NCBI GenBank assembly: GCA_905178155.1 | Contig: CAJINV010000002.1 | Location: 696,422-760,421, forward strand | DNA: 64,000 bases | Direction of reading: 5' to 3' | DNA from: Amoebophrya sp. A120 | Lineage: Eukaryota; Protista; Dinoflagellata | In this document: positions 12,901-22,945 of the stretch, piece by piece | Numbering within the stretch: the stretch's first letter is position 1 | Layout: every line of letters starts with the position of its first letter | Made by a program: the position numbers and the translations under genes | Notes under the pieces: generated by a model | What the model saw: the letters and a program-made list of their open reading frames with translations, nothing else | What the model was told of the DNA's origin: nothing | Databases searched by the model: none

Positions 12901-15900
12901 GTGCTCGAAGTAGATGAGGATGTCGCCAGAAACGACGACGAGGAAGTAGAAGAAGCCTGCTTCAACCCGCCGCCGCCAACACCCGCCAAAACCGCACCGT
13001 TTCCCGTGGCATTCAAGTGCAAGGTCGGGTTCTCATCCCCGCTTGTTTTGTGTTGTAACAGGTCCGACAACCACTTCTCTTTCGCGGTTTCCGGGAGCGT
13101 GGGGTTCGTGATCGGTTTCCCAACGCCGATTTCAAGTGCTGGGTTAGTATTTTCCGCTGGTGGAAGTGGCTGCTCGTGGTCCCTCGCTGCCTCCGCATCC
13201 TGCAAATTTTCCCAGTGTGCTTTATGGAGTTATCAAATGTTACATTTTCAATTGTTACATGAATTTGCAATGCAAGAACGGCAAAAGTCCAAGCAGGGAG
13301 GTTGCACCTGTAGCATATACAAATTCCGCACATATTTAGGCGCTGTTTAGGTTCTCCAAAATTTGTCATGCGAGGGAGCTTCAGCTTGTGAGTCTTGATG
13401 TTCGTTTTGCATTACAAATCATGTAACAGTTGAGAATGTAACAGTTGAGAACGCCATATGCTTGTCTCGCTGTTTCCAACGCCTTCTGCTGCGCTTTTTC
13501 TTTCGCAAGCTGCAGTGCCCGGAGTTGCGATTGCTGAGCCGCGACGCTATTCTGTTCCGCTGCGTCCTGTTGTTCTCTCTGCTGCCGCTGCTGTTGCTGC
13601 AGCAAGATGTGCTGCTTCAGTTTTTCCTGCATCACCTGCTGCCTCTCAAGCTCCCGCTGCTGCATTTTTTCCTTGTCGGCGTGGTTCATCTGCATGACAA
13701 AGGGATCATCCACAGACGACGAAGGCTGCTGCTGTAGTTCCGATTCGCCCTGTTGTTCGTCCGCGTTAGTGGCCGAAAGTCCGAGGAGTCGTTTTGCTTC
13801 AGTAGGCGTCACAGACGAGGAAGATGAAAAAGATTTTGCCTGTTGTAGCTGCTGGAGTTGCTGTGCAGCTTGTAACTTTTCCTCTTGCCCCAACGGGTTT
13901 TGCAGCTTTTGCTGCCGCAGCATCTTTTTCAGGTACGTCGTGCTGTAACCGGGGTACTGTTCGTGGAGCGCTTGCAGCTGCTGCTGTTGCTGCGTCGACT
14001 GCGCCTGCTGGGCCGCTTCTTGCTTCTGGCCACCGCTTACCAATTTTTCATCTCCGCCACCGAGCCGCTGATCTTTCGGAACGGCGTGTCGGGGCAAAAG
14101 CTGTGTGTCGGCCATCGGTGGCGTTTGTGGAAAGTGTTCATCATGATGCCCCAGCTGCGCAGGTGTAGTTTGCGCCGCGTTCACCTCTCCTGTGTGCGCG
14201 TGTTCGAACGGCGTCACATGTTGCGCCGAGGCTTGTTGCGCTGCGGCGTCTTTCGCGCGCTTTTGCTCGGCCAGTGCAGCTTTCGCGATGGCTGCCCGCA
14301 AAGTGTAAGAGACATCGTCCCCTGGAGCCGTGTTCGTGTCGTCCAGTCCACCACGAGTCGCCACTTTGTTGGAGATGGCAGCTTGTTGCTGCGCAGGGCC
14401 GTTTATCAACTGTAAAAATGTCTGGGTCTGGAAGATTGCCAGGTTTGTCATGCAGGTTTCCTATGACTCATGAGGCCTGGAATGCAGCACCTAGCATGAC
14501 AAACTCTGTGAGATCTCTAGCAGGCCCATCCTGCATGAGAACTTCCCCTTCAACTTGGTAAAAAACGACGGCTGTTGGTACTCACACAACACAGACTTCT
14601 TGCATGATTCAGATTTAGCATGACAAGTTCCATCCTCCCAGACCCAGACATTTTTGCATTTGATACCGTTGTGGCTCGGACTCGCGTTCGTAGCCTCGTT
14701 GAGCGGGTCGCCGGAGCCAGGCACGGGCTGCAGTTGTGCGGCGGCAGGGTGTCCGAAGGGTTTACTTTGCGGGCCGTGGGCAGCTTGTTGGTTGTGTAGT
14801 TGCAGCTGATGTTCCGCTGCAGGCACGGGTTTTAGTTGATCGCCGCCCGGCGCCGAAGATGGCGCACCTCCAGCACCGGCGTTGTTGTTCTCGTCCACTG
14901 CCGTTTTATGAATTGCAAAAGTATCGCACCACTCGTACAAATGCATTAATTTTCTCAGCATGAGAAATGAAATTTGTAATGCGGATTTACCTTGGGAAAA
15001 AAATTTGTAATGCATGACTGCAATTACTACCAGTACGATACTTTTGCACAGGATACGTTTGAATCTGTTGCAAAATTGCGTCCGCCTCCTGCTGCGCAGC
15101 TTTCTCCGCTTCCGCCCGTTCTTTCTCTTCCTGCTCCTGCTGTCGCTTCCATTCTGCCTCTGCTTCTTGCTGTTCCTTTGCGCGCTGCGCTGCTTCGTCC
15201 TTCAATTTTTGCAGCTTTTCTTGCTCTATCGAGATTGCAAAAACTACATCGCACACGTGGTAGGTACTGATTGCAGATATGCATGACAAAATCCCTCTCC
15301 TAAGGTAAATCAGCATTTAATGCTGATTTAAAAGTTGCATGACAAATTTTTTCAAGTTGAAAAGTGAAATTTCTAATGATTAGAAATTTCACTTTTCAAC
15401 TTGAAAAAATTTGTGATGCAATTTGCACTAGTTGTACGATATTTGTGATGCAATTTTTGCAATGCATATGTTCCAGTCGATTCTCCTCCCCTACCTTCTT
15501 CTCCTTCTGCGCGGCCAGCAACGCCTCCCGCTTGCCCATGGCGGAATTGCGCACCCGCGCCTTGTATCGTGTTAATGCATTACAAATCTTTTTGTTAAGT
15601 TCAATCAGCATTACAAATTTTCTTTCTCATGCTGAGGAAATTTGTAATGCATTTATATACCTTGTCTTCTTCCTCTCGTTGGTGGGCGTCCTGTTTTTCC
15701 TTTGCGCGAATCCGCTCCTGCGTTTGGCCAGCTTTCCGCTATATCCTGAGTAAAAATGTCCCCACCCCAGAGTTGTCACGCAGAAACGCACGCTCAAAAT
15801 GTTTCTCATGCGCGCGGGGCTCCATGACCGGCGTTTTTTAGTCGTGTTTTGGAATTTGTAATGCTCCAATCAGCATAGTAGGCTAGATCTGTGATGCTTC

Positions 15901-18900
15901 TGAACGAGGTAAACAGGATCACAGTACGAGGCCGAACTTGTCATGCGAAACGCCCTAAGCTTGTAGATTTGTCTAGCAGATTTCCCATCTTGACAGTGGG
16001 GTGGGAACGTTTTTACTCAGAATACGCTTCTGGTGCAACTTACTCGCTCCGTAAAGCGCCGCGGTTGCGATCCCCGTTTGAATATCAAATGCAAATATGT
16101 CTGGGTCAGGGTCTGAAAGGATACAACTTGTGATGCTACTTTTGGAATCTACATAAAATCTGTATTGCATGAACAGCAAAAGAGGTGTAATTTGTGCTAC
16201 GCGGAGAGAGCATTTCTCATGCGGTATTAGCATCAGAAAGCCCTCGGAAAATCTCTGATGCTAGGGCATGCATCACAGACCTCATGGGTCATGCAAAATC
16301 TGCATGACAAACACAAACTCCTGCATTCTTCCAGACCCAGACATTTTTGCAATCCATATTGAACCGCGTGATTTCGCATGTCCGCGTGGTACTGGTCCAC
16401 GTCGTATCAAGTGTAAAAATGTCTGGGTCTGGAAGATTGCCAGGTTTGTCATGCATATTTTGCATAACCCATGATGTCTGTAATGCCAGGGCAACCATCA
16501 CAGATTTTTAAGGGGCCTTCTGATGCGTATTCCGCATGAGAAACGCGCGCTCCGCGTAGCACAAACTGAAGTCCTCTTGCTGGTCATACAATACAGATTT
16601 TTTTTACCTTCCAAAGACAGCATGACAAGTTGCATTCTTCCAGACCCAGACATTTTTACATTTGATACGTCGTGCTTGTGGAGTTCCTCCGCCTGCTCTT
16701 GCACCGCTTTCCAGTCATGCATGTCCATGATACCATATCAAGTGCAAAAGTGTCTGGGTCTGGAAACTTGTGATGCTGAATTACGCATGATTGAAGCGCT
16801 TGCAATGGCAGCCAAGCATGACAAATTTTTGAGACGCCTGCTGATGCCTAGCACGCATTACAAATTGCGTTTTTGCATGACAAAGAAAGCCTCTGATGTT
16901 TTGCTGCTCATGCAACACAGGTTTTCCGTGAATGCATGACACGCATTACAACTTCTACTTTCCAGACCCAGACATTTTTACACTTGATATGCCATCCTTG
17001 CCCGCAAATTTTTCGAACTCGTCTTCTTGGATGTCATTATCGTTGTCCTCGTCGAGCTATCGAATGCAGATATCGATCTGGGTCTGGAAGACTGCCAGGT
17101 TTGTGTTGCATATTCTGCATCAGCCACGAAGCCTGTAATGCATGGCCTAGCTGCATCACAGATTTATTTTAGAGGGCTTTGCGATGCCTATTCCGCATGA
17201 GAGATACCCTTTCCACGTGGCACAAACTGGCCTCGTCTTACTGGTCATGCAACACAGATTTGCTTAGAATCCAAAGACAGCGTCACAAGTTGGATCCTTC
17301 CAGACCCAGACATTTTTGCATTTGGTACGAGCACCCGCCACAGGTCGGAACCGACTTCCGGCCGGAGCCATATGCATTGCAAATATGTCTGGGCCTGGAA
17401 GAGTGTAACTTGTCATGCTACATCTGGATCGTGGAAAAATTTGTGTTGCATGATTACCAAAAGGGGTCCACATTTGAACAAGTTTAGAGGCAGTTTCTGA
17501 TGCAGGAAAGGCATGATAGAGATCTCACAGAACCCGTCAACATGCTAGGCCGTGCATGCCAGACCGCGTGGGTCATGGAAAACCTGCATGACAAACCTAC
17601 CAACCTTCCAGACCCAGACATTTTTGCATTTGATAAGCCAGCCATACGCACGAAACGCGTGATAGCTGACGGTGCGAGCGTCCGCGTTTCTCAGATTTTG
17701 CTCTTTCACGTGGTCAGTGATGCCGTCCTTCTCGTCGATGATCCCATCCTGGTTCACATCCAAATTATCTCGGTACAGACTCGCCTTCTCCAGTTCTTTC
17801 GTGTCCAGCATGTGGTCGTGGTCTGTGTCAGCAAGCGCGAGCTCGTTGTCATCCACCTTCCCATATGGATTGCAAATTATATGTCTGGGAATGCTGGAAA
17901 CTTGGGATGCTAGTTTGTGACCGGTTGGCGCACTCCTGCGATAGGCAGCCACGCATGACAAGTCTTTTGTGCTGTTGTGTGTTCTGTTTTTCGCATGACA
18001 GGCTCCTGGGTTTTTGAATGACAGGCAAGAGGCCCTCTTCCTGCTCATGCATTACAGATTTAAGAGGCATACGAGACAAGCATGACAAACTTGCATTTTT
18101 CCAGACCCAGACATATTTGCATTTGATATCCCATTCCCGTCCATGTCCAGCTGACCCGTCAGGGGGGATGTCATGCCAGCAGGGCCTTGCTGTATGGGAT
18201 TCTCAAGCGTTACACTCTCAACTGTTACATGATTTGCCATGCAAAATCACCATGAGCCGCCAGACGATCAAGCTACGACGTCGCATGACAAATCCCCGAA
18301 GGGCTAGTCAGCACCTAAATCTGCGCCGAATTTGTGATGCGAGAGTTGCAAGCTTGCCCCTTTCACTGTTGCGGTTCTTGCATCGCAAAGCCATGTAACA
18401 GCGGAGAATGTAACGTTTGAGAACGCCATATGCTGCGCCAGGGCCTTGTGGATGTCGTCCATGGACTGTTCGTGGTTCAGAGCATCCAGGATCTTCTCGT
18501 TCTTCATGGCCACCACGTCCGTTTTGTCAAACTCCCCGTCGTTGTTGTCGTCGAGCTTGGCCATCATGTCGTCGGCGTCTTTGAGCCCCAGTGCGTTGAA
18601 TTGGCTGGGCATCAGCTCGGCCTGCCGCAGCTCGTCTTTGTCGACTTTGTCATTGTGGTCCTTGTCCAGAGCCTCAATCGCGTCGATGGCGTCTTGTCGG
18701 TTTTGGTGATGCTGCGCTAGCTTTTCGATCTGCTTCAGAAACTCTTTCCGCTCTTCCGGATCCGTCGGAACTTGATCGCGCGCGTCGAACTTCCCGTCGT
18801 GATTGGTGTCCAGGATTCCCGTGATGGGTTGGTCGTCTTGGGCGTCTCTGTATCAAAAGGAAAAATCCTCCCTCCCCATATCGAAAACGAAATTTGTGAT

Positions 18901-21900
18901 GCTAAATTTGAGTACACAAATCGACTTGTAATGTTAGAAGGCCAAGAGACGCAGCTGTGGCCTCGTTTACAGGCGATTTGTCATGCTGTTTCCCACTTCC
19001 AGCTGCCCCCTGTAATGCTGAAGATGCAAGGCTTTCCCACGCCAACCAGCATTACAGTCCGCATCTTTTCCCTTCTAGCATGACAAAGCTGATTTGTGAC
19101 CACAAAAAATCTGCTTCACAAATTTCTATTTTGAGTATGGGGTGGGGGGATTTTTCACTTTGATACTCTGCTTAAAATCATCTCCTGCTTGTCTTCGTCG
19201 AAATTCTCGAATCGGTCCACCGCTTATCAAATGCAAATGTGTCTGGGTCTGGAAATTTGTGATGCTGGGCGGCGTATCATGAGGAGGCCACAAATGCTGG
19301 CCCAGCATGACAAGTTTTTGAGCTTCTAGGTGTTGCCTATTCTGCGTGACAGACTGCGTTTCTGCATGACAGAAAAATGGGCCTCTTGGGTAACATGCAT
19401 GACAGATTTAAGAGTCATGCCGGACAGGCATGACAAACGTACATTCTTCCAGACCCAGACATAATGCACGACTTGATACCGCTTCAAACCGGTTCTCCAT
19501 GATCTTCTGCTGTTGTAGGAACTCGCCTTCGTCTATGGAAGTGTCAGAATCGAAATTGACAAAGTTGAAATAATTTGTGATGCATGAAACGGATACCAGT
19601 TGGCGCCTAGTTTTCAAGCGGCGCATGACAAATTTGGGTGGAACTGAAATCCAGCTTGTAATGCTGTTTGGGTAAGGAAGACGGCTTTTGTCATGCTACT
19701 TTGGCAGCTCAATTTCTACCCCTGAACAGGCTTACAATCTGCATCCCTTGCGTCCTCTGCGATAGAGGCAACTTTTGTGTTGCATTTTATGCATCACAAA
19801 CTATTTCAACTCTGACGATTTCGATCCTGACGCTTCCGTATCGTCGACCCGACCGTCGTGGTTTGTGTCCACCGCGTCAAAGTCAGCTTTGCTCACCGCA
19901 CCGTCGCCGTTCGGATATCAACTGCAAATCTTTCTGGGTCTGCAAACTCGTGATGCAAGTCCCTCCGTGAACAATAAGTGCTCTGTAATGAGTGCCGACA
20001 AGCATGACAAGTTTTCTCATGCTTCTGTGATGCGTGTTTCGCAGAAGAAACTGCGCTTTTGCATGACAGGCAAGAGGACCTCATCTTGGTGGCAACGCAA
20101 TACAGAGTTGTGCAGAGTCATGCCAGACTAGAATGACAAATCTTGCAATCTTCCAGACCCAGACATATTTCTTGCAGTTGATATCGTATCAAAGATCGCA
20201 ACGGGGTAGTCGCCATCGGCATCCCACTATGGAGAGAAAAAAGTTTGTCACAGTCACTAACTTGCAGGCTTTGCATTACAAATTTTCTCAGCATCACAAA
20301 CTTTCCTTGTATTGCAGAAACACTAGGGAAATACCTAATGAAGTTTGGCTGTGATGCATTTTTACGCATGACAAACAATTTTGTATTGCAAAAATGCGCA
20401 TGAGTGATCGTGACGAACTTTTTTTCTTTGATACCCACTCGACTCCCTCTACTCCTTCGTTGTTTTCGTGCTGCGCATATGGATTGCAAATATGTCTGGG
20501 TCTGGAAGATTGCAACTTGTAATGCTATCTTTGGATTCCAAAAAAATCTGTATTGCATGTTGACCAGCAACACCAACAGGACTCCAGTTTGTGTTACGCG
20601 GAGAGGGCATTTCTCATGCGGAATAGGTGGCAATAGGAAGCCCTCTAAAAATCTGTGTTGCTAGATCATGCATTAGAGGCATCAATCATCATACAAAATA
20701 TGCATGACAAGTCTGCATTCTTCCTGACCCAGACATTTTTGCATTTGATAGTGCAGAAAGAAAAGAATCGTAAAAGGTGTCCCAGGCTGAGTGCAGCCCA
20801 TCGGGGTCCAGCGGATCTTCGGAAAGCTTCTCCTTCATAGCAATTCCGGAAAAAGCTTCCGCGGCCATCTTCTTCCCCTCTTCGGTCTGGTCGTCCGGCT
20901 GGAACGGGTCCAAATGCGACAGCAGATCGGGTACATGAATGTGTTCAAACGGATTTGGAATCCAACGTTTTTTACCCCTCGTCTCTACGCTCGTCTTCTG
21001 CACCAAAGACGACCCGCTTCTACTTCTATCACCCGAGCTTGGAGGAAGCAGCTGCTGCGCTCGATGTGTTGATGTGCTGACTACATCTGGTTGTTGTACA
21101 GGCCGAGCGCCGTGGATACTGGCATACCGTATTTTTTCATTTCTCGCATTTTTACTATCACGACTCCCTCGTTCACCTCCCACGTCGATGTGGCGAAAAT
21201 CATCCGTGTCAAGAAAATCCTCTTTCTCATCGTTCCCGACCACTACCGCGAAGCAGAGTTTGGACAAAAAGGTGTTGGAGAGGACAAGCAGCACGAGAAG
21301 AGCCCCCGTAACTGTGCAAGATGAACCGCTAGTACGAGGACTTGAAGTAGCGCAGGGTAATTTATTGGGTGATGTCGCAGCTGTCGTACTCCTGCGACTG
21401 TAAAATGCAAAAATGTCTGGGTCTGGAATGTTGCCGGGTTTGGCATGCAGATTTTGCATGACCCAGCATGTCTGTAATGCATGACCTAGCATCACAGACT
21501 TTTAGAGGGCTTCCGGATGCCTAATCCGCATGACAAATGCCCTCCCCGCGTAGCACAAACCAGACTCCTCTTGCTGATCACGCAATGCAGTTTTTTTTTG
21601 GAGTCCAGAGTTAGCATCACAAGCTCCAACCTTCCAGACCCAGACACTTTTGCATTTGATAGCGACAGGGCCGTGCCTGGTCATGATGAACATGATCAGG
21701 CGGGTCGCCATCGTGTTTAAGAAGAAGCTCCTCCTATCAAAGTGAAAAATGCCCCCACCCCCGAACTTGGGAGAATTTGTATTGCAAACCTTTCCAAATG
21801 AAACATTCGCCCTCTTGCATCTACCAGCATCACAGGTTTCCAATCGTGAATGGCAAAAGTTTGTATTGCAAAAGACCCCAGCCAGAGCGGCGCCTGTCAT

Positions 21901-22036
21901 GCAAGCGATGCGATCCTTGCCTAGACTCTGCATCAGAAAGATTCATACTCCTTTCATGCATTTCATTTGGAAACTGCGCATCACAAATATTTGCAATTTC
22001 AGGGGTGGGGGGCACTTTTCACTGTAATACCTCCAT
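9945..22036 (-). CDS. Large EF-hand Ca2+-binding membrane/secreted protein (paralogue 1), 25 introner-type introns
   Basis: Manual splicing of all 25 inserts (element plus one 5-bp DR) gives one continuous ORF from ATG 22036 to stop 9945. Contains an N-terminal hydrophobic segment (GALLVLLVLSNTFLSKLCFAVVV), EF-hand loops (DTNGDGAVSKAD, DTNHDGRVDEGE, DKDHNDKVDKDE, DDNNDGEFDKTD, DMDGNGKVDDNE, DVNQDGIIDEKD), a Q-rich coiled coil and a C-terminal TM (LLTMVIYCTILFLLAYFCL). Confidence 0.8.
10394..10655. mobile_element. Introner family A
   Basis: TIRs; DR gaaat. Confidence 0.92.
10841..11022. mobile_element. Introner family B
   Basis: TIRs; DR gttct. Confidence 0.88.
11381..11688. mobile_element. 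Introner family C
   Basis: TIRs; DR gtgct. Confidence 0.92.
12233..12345. mobile_element. Short introner (113 bp)
   Basis: Imperfect TIR; DR aacca; restores frame. Confidence 0.8.
13223..13458. mobile_element. Introner family F
   Basis: TIRs; DR tgctt. Confidence 0.9.
14404..14665. mobile_element. Introner family A
   Basis: TIRs; DR ccgtt. Confidence 0.92.
14907..15055. mobile_element. Introner family B
   Basis: TIRs; DR cgttt. Confidence 0.9.
15227..15468. mobile_element. Introner, B-like, with an internal perfect palindrome
   Basis: DR tgctc/tgttc. Confidence 0.85.
15342..15414. repeat. Perfect palindrome, 36-bp arms, 1-nt loop
   Basis: ACAAATTTTTTCAAGTTGAAAAGTGAAATTTCTAAT-G-ATTAGAAATTTCACTTTTCAACTTGAAAAAATTTGT. 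Confidence 0.9.
15565..15659. mobile_element. Minimal introner (95 bp, B-derived)
   Basis: TAT..ATA; DR ccttg; restores frame. Confidence 0.85.
15742..16024. mobile_element. Introner family D
   Basis: TIRs; DR cgcta/cgctt. Confidence 0.9.
16083..16358. mobile_element. Introner family A
   Basis: TIRs; DR ttgaa. Confidence 0.9.
16405..16667. mobile_element. Introner family A
   Basis: TIRs; DR cgtcg. Confidence 0.92.
16736..16989. mobile_element. Introner family A
   Basis: TIRs; DR tacca/tgcca. Confidence 0.9.
17058..17327. mobile_element. Introner family A
   Basis: TIRs; DR cgagc. Confidence 0.9.
17371..17635. mobile_element. Introner family A
   Basis: TIRs; DR agcca. Confidence 0.9.
17864..18128. 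mobile_element. Introner family A
   Basis: TIRs; DR tccca. Confidence 0.9.
18193..18430. mobile_element. Introner family F
   Basis: TIRs; DR tgctg. Confidence 0.9.
18851..19165. mobile_element. Introner family E
   Basis: TIRs; DR ctctg. Confidence 0.9.
19225..19478. mobile_element. Introner family A
   Basis: TIRs; DR ccgct. Confidence 0.9.
19534..19840. mobile_element. Introner with a unique ~55-bp TIR
   Basis: TATGGAAGTGTCAGAATCGAAATT / GATTTCGATCCTGACGCTTCCGTA; DR tcgtc. Confidence 0.88.
19916..20183. mobile_element. Introner family A
   Basis: TIRs; DR tcgga/tcgta. Confidence 0.88.
20228..20433. mobile_element. Introner, G-like
   Basis: TIRs; DR cccac. Confidence 0.85.
20478..20750. 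mobile_element. Introner family A
   Basis: TIRs; DR gcgca/gtgca. Confidence 0.9.
21399..21661. mobile_element. Introner family A
   Basis: TIRs (left end TGT); DR gcgac. Confidence 0.9.
21735..22029. mobile_element. Introner family C
   Basis: TIRs; DR cctcc. Confidence 0.92.
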
Positions 22037-22945
22037 CTTACGCATAGGTCGTGAAGACCACTCGGTTTATGTTTAAGACATCTTCTTGTTAAAATTAATC
22101 CGGATGTTGTCCTTGAAAGATGAAGTCGAAGTGACCATAAAATCATTCGTCTCGATCCTACGTTTCGGTGATCTTGAGCATGAGAACGACTGAAAGCAGA
22201 AGAAATTCTTCTCCTTCTCCTCATCCGATGACTGTAGAACAACTTCACTAAACTCTCTCTCTTTCTCTCTCGACGAGTCTTGTACAACTGTGTCACCTGA
22301 TCCACGACAGGCGCGAATAAAAAGAACGCTCTTGTTTCTCACAATCTCTCAACGCGAATCAAGTCAATGTATTTCGGTGGTAGAGGATGCATCCGCATCT
22401 CGATGAACACACAAATTCAGATTGAAATTCCACCTGCAGAGAAAAAAATCATCAGCCGGCAGAGAAAAAAATCATCAGCAGAGAAAAAATCAGCGCTATG
22501 GCAAGGAGCGCTTCATCGTCGCCGTTTGGTATTGCTTCCGTCTCCATCAAAACTTTTGGCGGGCATGCATTTTTACAGAAATAAAAATCGCCGATTCTGT
22601 CTCTGTCACCAGTGTTGCGTCAAGCGACGTAAATTTCCCGGGGACAGCAGAAAAACAATTCTTTGCGCGTCTTGGTCTTCTTGTTCAATATGTGCGTTTA
22701 TTACAACCATATACCGCTCTAAATGGATCAAATTATTCGTGTTTCTGTTCAAAACGTCAAGATCAAGAAACAGCAATAAGAATAACGAAAGTAGCAAAAA
22801 AAAATAAAATAAGAAACACGAAATCAAAGCTGAAACAGATTCCGTCGTCCCATGTTCAAATCCGATGAAATTATCCCTACACGAGGACACTTGTTCTCGT
22901 CATCACTATCACAGCTACTTAATTATATCATCTCCTTCTCCACCA

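Noticed and set aside
12901-14415. Plus-strand Cys/Leu-rich ORFs
   Set aside because: Antisense shadows of the Gln-rich minus-strand exons
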